From Felis catus (Eukaryota), in assembly GCF_018350175.1 (NCBI RefSeq), contig NC_058369.1, positions 2,544,001 through 2,608,000 of the forward strand: DNA of 64,000 nucleotides, written 5' to 3'. This document shows, in pieces, positions 47,615 through 60,645 of the stretch. Position 1 is the first letter of the stretch, and each line of letters opens with the position of its first letter. A program made the position numbers and the translations under genes. The notes under the pieces were generated by a model. The model was given only the letters and a program-made list of their open reading frames with translations, searched no databases and was not told the DNA's origin.

Positions 47615-50449
47615 ATACGTGAGAACCTGTGTGGCACGGCGTTCTGTGTCTGTGTCCTAGCCTACCTTCACGTGAGCCCAAAGACCTTAACATCCCTCCT
47701 AGGACCTCAGTTTCTTCTCCGAAAAGGGGGACACACACGGGCCGAGGAGGGTGACCCTGTCGTAGGTGTGCGTGGCCAAGGCCTGGCGCGGTGCTGGGCC
47801 CTCTGTTCTCTGGGTGTGGTAGCCGTGGAGTTACCTCGTGGACCCCGATGGTCCCTGCCTGAGCTGCTCTGTGAATTCCACTCCCTCTTTAAAAAGTTTG
47901 CTTTTAGTTCCACAAACCATCGCTGGGCATCTCAAGAGGATACACAAGTGTCCCAAGTAATAAACCAGCCTTCCTCACCATCCCTCCCTGTGCGGGACCC
48001 CACTCCGGGGAAGAAGCTAGATTTGCGTTCAGCCCCGCCTGACCCGTTGCACAGGTGAACAAACACATAGTCTCATAAACGGATGCTGACCTATTTTTAA
48101 AAAACAATCCCAAATGGGGTGTTGAGTCTACCTGGCGGCATTTACAGCCGGGGTGGGGGGTGGGGGGAGGTCTGACCCGGGACTGCTGTGCCCCAGGAGA
48201 CGCTGGACAATGTCTGGGGACATCCGGGGTCGTCGGGACTGGGGGAGCACGCTCAGTCCGGAGCTGGCCCGAATTGTTGGCGTTAGTGTTAGAGACTGGC
48301 ACAGAGCGGCGGTCCACAGACTTGGGCATCCGTGTCAGGGACAGAAGACTATAGATGGATTATAAGGAGGGCGCGTCATTTCATTTTTTAGCCACCGAGC
48401 TAAATTGTGCTCCAGAGGGCCAGGAGCTAGACCTGCCCCCCTCCCCTTCTGGGCCTTGGAACAGACAGGTCCAAATGCACCGACTGCTTTGGAAAGAAAC
48501 TCAGGGCGAGCACTTGCTGGCTCACCAGGGTAGTTCCTACCCTTCGCCCTTTTTCACTGAGGGCAAAGCGGAGGGACACATGGGAGTTTAGCTGCTGCCC
48601 CAGGAGACGCAGACCTGGCCGCGACCCTGCACGGTAGCTGGCCTGCTGTGGACCTACTGGGAGCACTGCAGGACCCCTCCGACCCGAACCAGAATATAGA
48701 GACATGTAACAGTTCGCTGGTGTCTGTGAACTGGCAGAAGGTTCTACCGTCTTCCGCCACTAATGGCGTCAACGGTGGTCACACAGGTAACCCCAGGACC
48801 CCTATCTCGCCAGCCGTCCTCCATGCGTCCTGTACTGCTGCCATTGTACAGATGTGGAAACTGAGGTTCCCAGAGGGGTAGTCTTGTGCTCTCCAGAGTT
48901 CACCTTGGAAAGGAGCTCAGGTTGCTGGCAGGGCTGGGAGGAGGGGAGCCAGCTGGGAGGACTCTCTGAAGTCAAGTGTAACTTTTAAACGTCTGTGACT
49001 TGGGGATTCTGGGCTCTATGCGTTCCTAGCCACTTTAAAATAATAAAATATTGCTTTATGTTAGGTTGGCATTCGGATTCCTAGACGCCTGCCCTCCCTC
49101 CCCCTTCATCCTGGGGTTTTAACACCGCCCCCCCCCAGCCGCACAAGGCGTTTTTAAATAAAATATTTGCGAAGTGCTCATGATGTGCTAAGCACTGTTT
49201 GTTTGCATGACAGACGCCCGCCTGCAGCGGTGGCCCCGGGAACAGGCGTTCTGTAGGAACCCTCCTCCCTCCTAGTCCAGCGCCGGGACCCTGGGCGAGT
49301 GGCTTCCTTCCTCTGGGCCTCAGTTTCCTCCCCTGTAACACGGGACGATAATAGGGTTCCTGGTACCTTCCATGTCCCTGGGCACAGGACAGCTGCCCCA
49401 AGTTGGCTGGAGGGTAGCATTTGGAGTCAGGACACTGGGAGAGACAAGTCAAAAGCACCAGGCTTTCTAAGAATGTTTCAGTGCACATTGGGTAGAGAGA
49501 GGTTCAGGCTAAGTGTCGATATGCTTATGCCCATGGACCCCATGGGGGAGGGGCGGTGTTAGTGCAGTTTACAGGGGACAACGCCAAGGGGCAGAGCGAC
49601 ACCTCGCCCTAGTCTGTGGAGTGGGAATAGGAGTTTCAGCCGTGGAGGCTGGGAGGATTCAGGGGGTGAATGGAGAAGGGTTGAGGTCATGGTCATCAGG
49701 TGCCCTAGGGGCTGACACTGGAGGAGGGCAGGTCTGTGTCCAGCTACTCCAGAAGGAGAACAAGGGAGCTTTAGGGATGTAGGGGCTGAGGCCAGGTGGT
49801 CTGGCTCCAAGCCACTCACTGTGCCTCAGTTTCCAGATCCGTGAAATGGGCACACGGCTGGAGTGCCAGGAGAAATTGCTGGGCACCCAGAGAAGAGGCT
49901 GCAAGGGTCCGTCTGGCCAGCCTTACGTTCTGGACACATCCTTCTGGGATGTTGAGGAGACTAATGGGCGATGCCAACCCCTCCCCCCCCTCCGCCCCCC
50001 CCCCCCACAGTTCCCCTTTGGTGCTAACTGGAAAGGTGAGAGCAGATTCCTGGAGGCTCTGGGTTAGCTGGGAACTTTCTCGGGCTGGTGGGTGCAGGGA
50101 GGTCACTTGGAGCGAAGCCCCTGTGCCCGGGCAACTGCAGCCCATGTCTGGCTCTCAGGGGAGCAGGGGCAGAGGTGCCGAGGGACCCCCTCTCCTGCCA
50201 TGCACCCCGGGTCGTACATCTTTAAGGGGAAAGACGCGCGCTGGCGCTGGGCCTCTGCACACGTCACTTCTTCATTCTTTCCCTCCCCCCCCCCCCCAAC
50301 TTGGCTCTTTTCTCCAACTTCCCGGCCAGCGCGGGGAGGGTTGGGGGGGGGTCTTAAAAATCCACCTCCGGCCCCAAAGTGTCCAGCAACAGCCCAGCGC
50401 CCCCTCCCCACTTGGCTCGGGTGGGCGGTCCTGGGGGACCCGTGGCGGC

Positions 50450-51900
50450 CGGTGGGTCCCTGGTCCGGTGCCGGGGACCAGGACGGCTCGTAATTCGTAA
50501 TAATAGCAATGATGGGGGTTCATGGGGCACGGGGGGGGGGATGCGGGGGGGAGCGGCTTTCCTTCCCCGCTCGCGCTCTTTTTTTCCCTCGTTTCTTTGA
50601 AAGTTGGATGTTGAGAAGTGGGAGGTTCGGGTGGGAGGGGAGGAAAATTGGGGGGAGGGAGGGGGAGGTTGCCAGAGGGAGGAGAGACAGAGACACGGAG
50701 AGACAGAGACGGAGGAGGAGAGAGGGAGGGGGGACAGGAAAGGAAGAGAGAGGGAGAGCGAGCGAGCGCGGGAGGGAGGGAGGAGGGAGACCGAGGGAGG
50801 AGGCGGCGAGGAGCGCGCCGGCCGCGGCCGCGGGGGGGGGGTTTGGAAAAATGACTCAGTAAGTTCAGCGCGCCCGCTCCGGCCGGCCCTGCGCCTCCCG
50901 CCGCGCCCGGGATGTATTCGTCCCCGCTCTGCCTGACCCAGGTACGCCCCGCGCCCCCCGCGCCCCCCGCCGCCTGGCCCCGGACTCGGGAAGCCCGAGG
51001 AGGCGGGACGCGAAAGGCGCGCGTCCCTCCCGCCGCCCCGCCGGGGCGCCCCCGCCGCGGGGCCGGGGGCCGGGGGCCGGTGGGGGATGGGCTGGGTCGG
51101 GGACCCCCGCCCCCGCCCCGACCCTCCCCCGGGACTCCCGCCCCGCCCCCCGGCGCCCAGGCCTCTCCCCCACCCCCCCCACCCCACGCGGACGCGGGGC
51201 TCGGGGAGCAGGCTCGCCGGACGCGCGCCCCCATTCCACCCGGGAAGGTCTGGGGGCGCCCCTCGCCCCGAGAGCCGAAGGCGGGCTCTGCGTGACCCCC
51301 ACCCCCCCCACCCCTCCTCCCCGGACCCGGCCTGCCTCCAGGTGGCATCGAGGGGTCCTGGCTGGACCCCCCACTCGGCACTCTCTCGAGGAGAGGAGCC
51401 CTCGGATGTGCTCCCCAGACAACCCCCCGCCCCCCCCACCAAGGTTGTGCCCCGCCACCCCAGCCCCGGGACGCCTTTCCCCCCATTATTGGCCCACGTG
51501 TGCGTGGAGGGGGAGGGGGCGCGCTGAGTTGGAGGCGCCAGCAGCTGGGGGAGGGGGCGCGCCGACGTCCCGGCTTGGTCTTCCGCGTCCCCCCCCCCCC
51601 GCCCCCCGACACCGATCTGATATTTTCGCCGCATCGATTCTGGATTGTTGAGCCGCCGCCGCCGGGAGGAGCCGGGAGGCCGGGCGTTCCGGGGTCTGGC
51701 CGGGGCACTGCGGCGCTGCGGACGCCCTCGCCAGCCCGGCACCTGCCCCTGCCCCTGCCCCCTCCCGTAGCCTCTCACCCCTGGCCCCGCTCCCAGACTG
51801 CCCCGGGCTGAGCCCTTGTGCGACCGGCAAGGGGGTGCGTGGGGAGGGGGCGGCTGCCCCTGTCCCGGGCCGCACCCCGGGGGACTCCCTTCCTCCTCCG
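50450..51900. promoter_or_regulatory. CpG island, NFIC promoter of the [10 protein letters not shown] exon
   Basis: CpG-dense, with a purine-rich GA tract at 50630-50810 and TGACTCA at 50852-50858. Confidence 0.85.
50912..50941 (+). CDS. NFIC: NFIC proximal first exon, coding part [10 protein letters not shown]
   Basis: ATGTATTCGTCCCCGCTCTGCCTGACCCAG|GTACGC. A phase-0 donor joins to DEFHPF, giving the known NFIC/CTF N-terminus. Lies in a CpG island. Confidence 0.95.
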
Positions 51901-54900
51901 GCTCCCTGTGGGACGGCCTCCGAGGTCTGCCTTCGTTCGAGCTCTCCCCGTGTCCTTATGTGTCTTCAGGCCAGTGGGGTTCCGGCCTCAGTTTCTCCGG
52001 AGGACTAAGACAGGTTCTGGAGACAGGGGCAGACTGTGAAGTGCAGAAGTCAGGGGGCGGGAGTCCACCGGGAGCCTGGGTGCCCTGAGGAGCACCTTAT
52101 GGGGAGCACGTGGATGCCTAGCTTGGGCCGCAGGGACCGCCAGTGTCTGGGGAGGGGGCCCTATTCAGGATCCTGGGGTCTCCCTCATTCGTGGTAGGAT
52201 CTTTCTTGCCCCGCTGGGAAGTTCCTGGCTCCTGTCAGCCAGCGGGAGGGCGGGTGCCGAGAGGGTCCTACCCGTGATCCCCTGAGTGACCTTGGGCAAG
52301 TCCCTGCCCCTATCCGGGCCTCAGTTTCCCTTTCCGAACAACTTCGGGAGGGGGGTCCCCGGAAGCTGCCCCTGCTGCCCCACCTCTGCCTCCCCGCTGT
52401 CCTGAGGCTCTGCACCACCGCCCCCCCCGCCCCCCCGGGAACAACTAAGGTTGCAGTCAGGGTTGCTTGTGACCTTGGGCCTCCCCGTCTCTGGGCTGGT
52501 GGGGTGGCCTGGGTGGCTGCGGGTGCCCCCGCCCCCTCTGCCCTTCTCACGCTCCCCCAGCTCCCGGGAGCCACACAGAGGGGGGGCCGAGCCAGGGAGG
52601 CTACTCCAGGGGAGGAGGTTGGAAGGCCGCCTTTTGTCACCGAGCCCTGGAACTGCCCCATCAGGACTCCTCGGGAGACAGGCCTCCGTCCACGCTGCTG
52701 CGGTGGGAACCCGAGCGGGAACATGTGTGCTCAGGGGCCTGGCTTGGTGGCTGTTCCCGGGTGGTGGAGACAACAGTGAGGGATATCTGAGGCTGCCCCG
52801 TGCAAGCGATGGGGGGGGGGGGACACAGAGAGAGCCCCCCCACCGTGGAGGGAGGGGGAGGGGCCCAAATGCAGGGGGCACCCCTCCCCTGCTGCTCTCC
52901 TGCGTTCCCCCCCCCACCGAGGAGGGGTGCCCCGCAGCCAGGTGTGATCCTCAGGGGTCCCTGCAGACCCAGCCTGGTCTGGGGGCTCCCGGAAGGACCC
53001 TGGCCGCCCCCACAGGACCCCCACTCCTGGCCGCCCCACTCAGCCTGCGCCCCTCGCCAGCACCCCGTTTCTGTCTGACCATCATTTCCCTCCACCCGGC
53101 TCTCTGTCCCCCCGCCTGTGTCTCTGTGTCTCTCCCTGTCTCTGCCTCCGAGCCTGTGTCTCTCTCTCTCTGTCCCCCCATGTGTCCTTCCCCACGTCTT
53201 ACATCTCTCTTCCCCTCTCTGTCTCTGTGTGTCTCTCCCCGTGTCTCCCCGTCTCTGGGCCTCCATGTCCCCCCTTTTCCCGACTAATTTTACAACCTGA
53301 GCCCATCCGAAAATAGCTCCCTTTTAGCTGATTCGACCCGGATCCTTGTCGGAGCCGGAGCGGTGGGGGGGGGCCGGGGGGGGGGAGGCGGCCGCCCGGT
53401 GCCAGCGCCCCTGCGCCCCCGGCCCTGCCCACCGGGGGGGGGGGGTGGCCACGGCGGCCCTGGAGGATTCTGGGAGCCCCGTCCCTGTTTCAATGGTGAC
53501 TCAAGCGCTTTTGCACTTTTACTCTCGAGAGTAACTGTGGAGCAGCGGTTACTTCCATAAATCCTGCCGGCGGGAAGGCCGGCCTCCCGCTCGCCCCGCT
53601 CTGGGCCTCCCTCCCTGCCTCCCTCCACCCCAAGCGCGCCACGTTAGTTATTCCGGGTTTGGGGCCAAATCCCTCTTGGCTGCAGGGCCCAGGATTCCCC
53701 GGGGCCGCGGGGCTGGGCCCAGGCCACGGCCACGGCCACGGCCAAGCCGGCCGCCAGGGCCCCTCCCTCATTCATTCATTCGTCCCTTCATTTCTGCCTC
53801 TCCGTCCCTCTCAGCCCCTTACAGCCGTTTCTCCAGCGGGGAGACTGAGGCTGGGAGGGTGGCCGGGACTTGTGATCTGTGTACTAGATATGTGAAGTGC
53901 CTCCTAGGGGCGGGGTGGGGATGGGGAATCAGTGACGTCTAGGCCTGGTGGGGGCTCTGGGGGGGGCGGGGTCCCCCAGCACCTCAGGGCTGGGAGAGGA
54001 GCCCAGACCAGAGAGGGCCAGGGCCTGCCCGGGGTGGCACAGCACAGCACGGCTGGCAAGGCTGGGCCTGGGGCCGCTTCCTGCCTGGGTGCTGAGCCGG
54101 GCCTGGGCAGGTGGACGCTCCCTGTGGGTGTGCCCCCCCCGCCGCCCCGTGGTCTGATGGCCCCTGCTTCGCTCCTGCAGAAAGCACAGCCTCGCTCCAG
54201 GCTGCTGTCTATCTCCGTGCCTGCGTCCCTCCCTCCCGTCTCTGCGGCGGTGAGGTGCCTCAGCGCGTCAGGGCCAGGCGCCTTGTAAATCACGAAGCCC
54301 GGATTCTGGCCGAGTCAGCGTTCTCTCCCTCTCTCCCTCTCTCTCTCTCTCTCCTCCCTCCCTCCTTCTCTCTCTCCCTCGGTCTGTTTCTCTTTCCCTC
54401 TGTCTCTCTCTCCCTCCGGCTCTCTGTCTCTGTCCGTCTGTCTCTCTCAGCCTGAACCGTCTGACCTGTCTCACACCAAATGCACACAAAACACTCACCA
54501 GGTCCTGGGTCCTCCCGCCCCCCATCACACGAATGCACGCGTTCACACCGACCCATACACGCGTGTGCCGCCTCGCCTAGGTGCGTCCCCTTGGTGCACG
54601 GTGCAGGGGCCCCCGCGGGACTGAACCACACGCAGCCACGCGCACAGACGCACAGACGCGCGGGCTGACACCGCACCGACGGAGACACGGCCCCGCCTCG
54701 CCGCGGACGTGCCCTCACGGGGTTCCCCGAGCGGGACACCTAGGGCCCCTGGGATCCGCCTCCACAGCTCGCTCAGGAGGCTCAGCACTGAGCCCTGGGC
54801 CTTCCGGCTGGGTGCCTCTGGGCAGGGGACCTCACTCTTCGTGCCCCGTCCTCACGGGGAAGTTCAGGGCGAGCTTCAGCTCCGCTTGCGGCCTGAGGAT

Positions 54901-57900
54901 TCAGGGAGGCGCGTCCCCTCTGAGGTGCCCGGCGCACAGTAGGTGCTTACGTTTGCTGCATAAACGAACGGCCGCACGGGTCCACCAGCTGAGACAAGGT
55001 GCGCAGGCCTGCCTTCCTCGGATGCCTCACCCTTAGCACAGCGCCTGGTATACAGTGGGTGCCAAATAAATGTGGCTGTGATCATGGCGGTCGCTAGACT
55101 AGTAATTGGATCAAACACCTGGGAGGCCTTTCCAGCATACCCTCCCCTCGTTGTGTCACTGCTTGCTGGGCAGGGAGCCAGGCCCGGGGCTGGGTGATGG
55201 GGACAGCGGTGACCCCCGAGGGTTTTTCTCGTGGTCTTTCCTCCCCGCCGGGCCTTGTCCAGGGTCGTCCCGAGTCTGGCCAAACCCAGCGGGGTAGCAG
55301 CATCCTTCCGCGCCTGGGGTGTGTGAACGGGGGCGGTAATTAAGGGTGAGGTTGCTCCCACGGGGATCTGGGCGCTGGGGGCACAGCGGTGAGCGACAGG
55401 GACCAAATCTGTGTCCTGGAGGGCCTGCCGCTCTGGCCGAGGACGAGGTGGCGTGTGACTTGGGACAGAGCAGGGGAAGGGAGTCACACGGGATTCAGAG
55501 CGGGCACGCAGGGTGCTCCGGGGAGTCCCAGCCATGGGGCCAGACCACGTGCTTGAAGGGCCCAGCAAGCGAGGCCGAGGGGGTCAGGAGGTCCCCAGCC
55601 ACAGGGACGCGGGTCCGAGTCCCAGCTTGGCGCCTCCCCGGCTGCGTGGCTGTGGGCGGGTGGCCTCGGTGCTCAGCGCCTCAGTCTCTCCATCCGGAAA
55701 ATGGGTGCAAGGATCGTCCCTGTCGGTAGCTCAGGAAGTGATCGGCCCCTGACATGACTCCCTATCTGTCTCTCCCGCACCCCGGCCATCCTGCTGGAAC
55801 ATGAAGGCACAGAGAGGGAAATCGGGAGATCCAGGGTTCAGACTCCCTGGTCACTTTGGCAGGAAGTTTCCATTCCCACTCCTCAGGATACATACCCAAA
55901 TTCTTCCCAGGGGCCCACTAGACCCTGCACACCCGGCCCCCGTCGCCTCCCTGCTCTCGTCCCTCCCATTCTTCCTGTTCACTCTGTTTCAGTGACACCC
56001 ACCTCTTCGCCGTTCTTGCAAAACATTAGGCACGGGGCTGCCTCAGGGCCTTTGCACATGCTGTTTTCACTATGTGGAGAGCTCCTACCCTGGATTGTCA
56101 TTTTTTTAGGTCTTTGTTCAAGTGTCCTCTCCTCTGAAAGACCCTCCCTGACCACCGTCAGCAAAACAAACAAACAAACAAAAAAACCCGCAACCCAAGG
56201 GATCCCCTGGCCCTCCTCAAACTCCTTGAAATTTTTTCAGGCCACTCTGTTCAAACTGACATTTTATTACACATTTGTCGGCTTGTTTTAACATCCATCC
56301 CTACCCCAGATCAGGATCCAGGTGAGGACAGAGCCCAGGTCACTGCTGGGTCCACAGCACCGTGCACGGAGCTGGCACACAGTAGGCCCTCAATAAATGT
56401 TTGTGGAACAACCAAATGGATCTCTCCCTCGTTATATGAGCGTTGTGCCTAAGCTGTGACGCTCTGGGCTTGAGGGGAGGAAGGACCTGAGGTCAGGAGC
56501 ACTCATCTGGTGCCAAATGGGCCTGGGTTTGAATGCGAGCTCTGCTGTTTGCCACTTAACCTGGGTTTAACCCGGAGGGAAAGACACTGGACCCGGGGCT
56601 TTGAAGGATGCGTAAGAGTTTGGGATAAGCATTCAGGAGCTGGCAAGACTGATTCGCCGTAACGTTTCGTGAGTCACCGAGTAGATGAGGGAGAGAGAAG
56701 CCTTCATGGTCTAACCCATCCGGCAAGGGCTGGGACCCGGGTGTCCAGCTCCCAGATGCTGTTCCCCTTTTTGGCCAGGAAATCCCAGTGGGCCAAGTGG
56801 AGTTTCTGGGAAAGTCCTGGCCTCGCTCCCTTCCCCCCCACCCCCCCCCCAGCCTTGCCTCTCTGGTTACCAGGAGTCCCAAACCCCAACAGCTGCAGCA
56901 CTTCATTCTGCCCATGGTACAGAACGAGAAACCGAGGCCCGGAGCGGAGCCGTGATTTGTTCCTGGGTCACGCGGAAGGTGGCCGCTGTAACCCGACCTC
57001 ATTCCCTTACAGACAGTCCGCTGGGTGGTCCTGGGACCCAGGTTTGGGGGAGGGGGGAGGAAGGGAAGGCAATAGAACTGGACTTGGAGGACCCCAGCTT
57101 GTGTGGCTGCCAGGCTAGGTCTGGGGGAAACTCCGAGGAGAGCAGGACAGGCTGCCTGAAGGAGAAGGGGCACTGGAGACAAGGCTTTGAGGGATGTGTA
57201 GGAGTTCTGGAGGACTCTTGGCCTCTAGCTTGCCTTGACCGTGTCCTTGGCCTGGTCAGCCGGCGAGGGCATCGGGAGGTGCCTGGGAAAGATGCGTTGG
57301 TTGTGGCAGGTCTTGTGGGACAGAGACAGTGACGGGCCTGCCTCTCACCTGGCCTGACCTCCCAGGGAGGACAAGGGACGCTGGGGCAGCAGGTCCATGA
57401 CCCAGTTACAGACTGTTTGCCTTCCTTCCTCCGGGCCCAGCTGGGGTCACTGGTGACGTGGGCTCCCACCCCTGCCCACCTCCCTGGCACCTCTCCTGAG
57501 AGTGGACCCAGAGGGGGGGGGGTGGGGCTCCGAGAAGGGGCGGAGCCCAGAGAAAGGGCCGGACTCAGAGAAAGGGGAGGGGTTCAGAGAGAAAAGGGTT
57601 CTGGCGACCTGTCTGTCTGTCCCTGCTGGCTGACAGTCCGGCTGCCCCTTCCCAGCTACCTCTTATCACTGCCCCAGTAAGCGCGAGAATTTGGGTGGCG
57701 GCCATGGCCCAAGGTCAACACCACTGCCTTGGCCTCCTGCCACCCTGGCGTCCCCTCCACTGGGGGCAGCGACCTATGCCTCTACCGATCCCCACCCCCC
57801 CCCCAACCCCTGGCTTCTCTGGCCAGGCAGCCTGGGCTCTGGTCCCAGCTCTGCTGACCGGCTGTGTGACCCTGGGTGAGTCACTCCCCGTCTCTGGGGC

Positions 57901-59934
57901 CGGCGTGTCAGGTGGCATTCAGGCACAGAAAAGCCAGGCTGAGGTTGGACAGACTCCGGCCTAGGATGGGCCCCCCTCCATTCTCCCTCTGCCTCAGCAG
58001 GTCAGCCGGGGTGGGGGCAGGGGTGGGGGTGTGGGCAGTGGAAGAGAGCCCTGAGGTCCAGTCCCCGCCACAGCTGTCACGGTGACTCACGCTTTGGGGG
58101 ACATCGGAGTGGGGAGCTGGGGTTGGCACAAGCCGAGCCCCGGCCCGCCCCACCCTGGCGAGGGCGGGAGGCTATTTTCAGAGCCTGGGTAATAGGTGAA
58201 ATCTGAGGTCGTTTCCCTTCCCCACCCCCCCCCCGCCGGCACCCCACGGCCAGAGGTGCCCAGAGCAGGGAGGGTGCACCGGGTGGGGGTTACTGTGGGG
58301 TCCTTGGGCCTTTCCCTGAGCCCTGGAAGACTGTAAGCCACCAGAAGACTTGTAACAATGTCAGTAATAAGAATAGAATAGCGTGGCCTCGGGAGCTGGG
58401 CAGATAATGGGACTCACAGGCCAGGAAGACGTCTCGCTCCCCCTCTGGGAGCCTGGCGGGCCCAGGCGAGAGCGGAGACACACGGCCCAAGGTTCTCTTC
58501 CCTTTGTCTTCCTTTCTCCTGGAGGCTGAGAAACCAGGTCTGGGAGGTTCTGCAGACTCAGTTTCCCTTGATGAAACACGGAGAGAGGCAGCACCCCTAC
58601 CCCCAGGGGAGGGGACTGGGCCTCCCACGGCCCCCGGTTGCGCTCCGGGGGACCCAGCGAGGGCCGCTGCTGTTGTCATGGGGAAGTCAGATGGGTGTAG
58701 GTTCCACGCCCCTGGTGACTAGGTCCCCTCTTAGGGCCTCAGTCTTCTCGTCTGTAAAGTGGGTGTCGGGGCCTCCCGGCAACACCAGTTAGGCATGACT
58801 TGGGGTGGGGGGGGTTGGGTGCTGAAATCACAGGTCTGGCCAGGACTTAGAGCCTCCCCAGGCCTCGGCTTTTCTGTCTGTGGAATGGGTCTTACCGGCC
58901 TCCAGGGGCTCCTCTCTCCAGCTCTGGACCTCCTTGGACGGGCTCCCCTTCTCTCTTGTGTTCTGATCTCATGCCTTCTGGGGCCTCCGCTTTCCCTGCC
59001 CCTCCAGGGGGGTCTATACAGGAGCCCCTCCCCCTTCCCTGGGCCCCTGACGTGGAGGTGGCCCTAGTCGTGGCCCGTAGACCTCGGCCGGCCTTGTCAG
59101 TACCGCTGGCCTATGGGAACGACCCCTAGCCCTCATTTCTTAAATCTGCACCGGGGGCCAGTGGAGGCTGCCCTCAGACCTGCCCGCCCCGGTGTCAGCC
59201 TTCTTGGCTGATGGTAGATCTGAGAAACCAGCGCCAAATGACATTCTCAGAGCCTGGCCTCTCCTGCAATCATTGAGCGCTCACTGTATGCCTGGCGTAT
59301 GCTTGGCCCCGGGCTGGACCCGGGAGCGCACGCTCTGGTTCCGGGGTCTGCAAACCACAGGTCCCGGGGCCCAATGCCCGCCACCTCTCTTCCCGAATAC
59401 ATTGTCATCAGAACGTGGTCACGCCCGGTCATTTACGTGTCGCATCTACGGCTGATCTGGCACTAGGTGCAGAGTCGAGCAGGTGCAACAGAACGGAACG
59501 CTCGCCACCTTGTCCTTTAAAGCGCTTCCAGACTGGGGTGTGCCGACCCCCTTTCCGGTGGACAGAGAAGAGCTCCGTAACATCCTTATTCTCCTGACCT
59601 CAGTGTTCCCCATCTGTACAATGGGTTCGCCCCCATCCGCCTCTGGGGGCCCTCCAGGGCTCAAGACAGCCCTCCATGAACTCCTGCCTTGCCCTGCGCC
59701 TCCCACATAGTCCAAGCCTCAGTTTCCCCATTCGGGCAATGGGGCCGGTTCAGGCCAGTCCCCCGTGCACTTCCGCCGGGTCCTCTCTCCCCCTCCCCGC
59801 CCCCCACCCCCAGCCTTCACTTTCCCCCAGGAGGTTACCAGGTCCCTGCCCACACGCGCCTGGGTCTTCCTGGGGCCCCTAGACCTCAGTCCCCTGGGCT
59901 GGGCGGTGGGCCCCCGGTCCCCGGCGCCTCCTGA

Positions 59935-60645
<711 letters not shown>

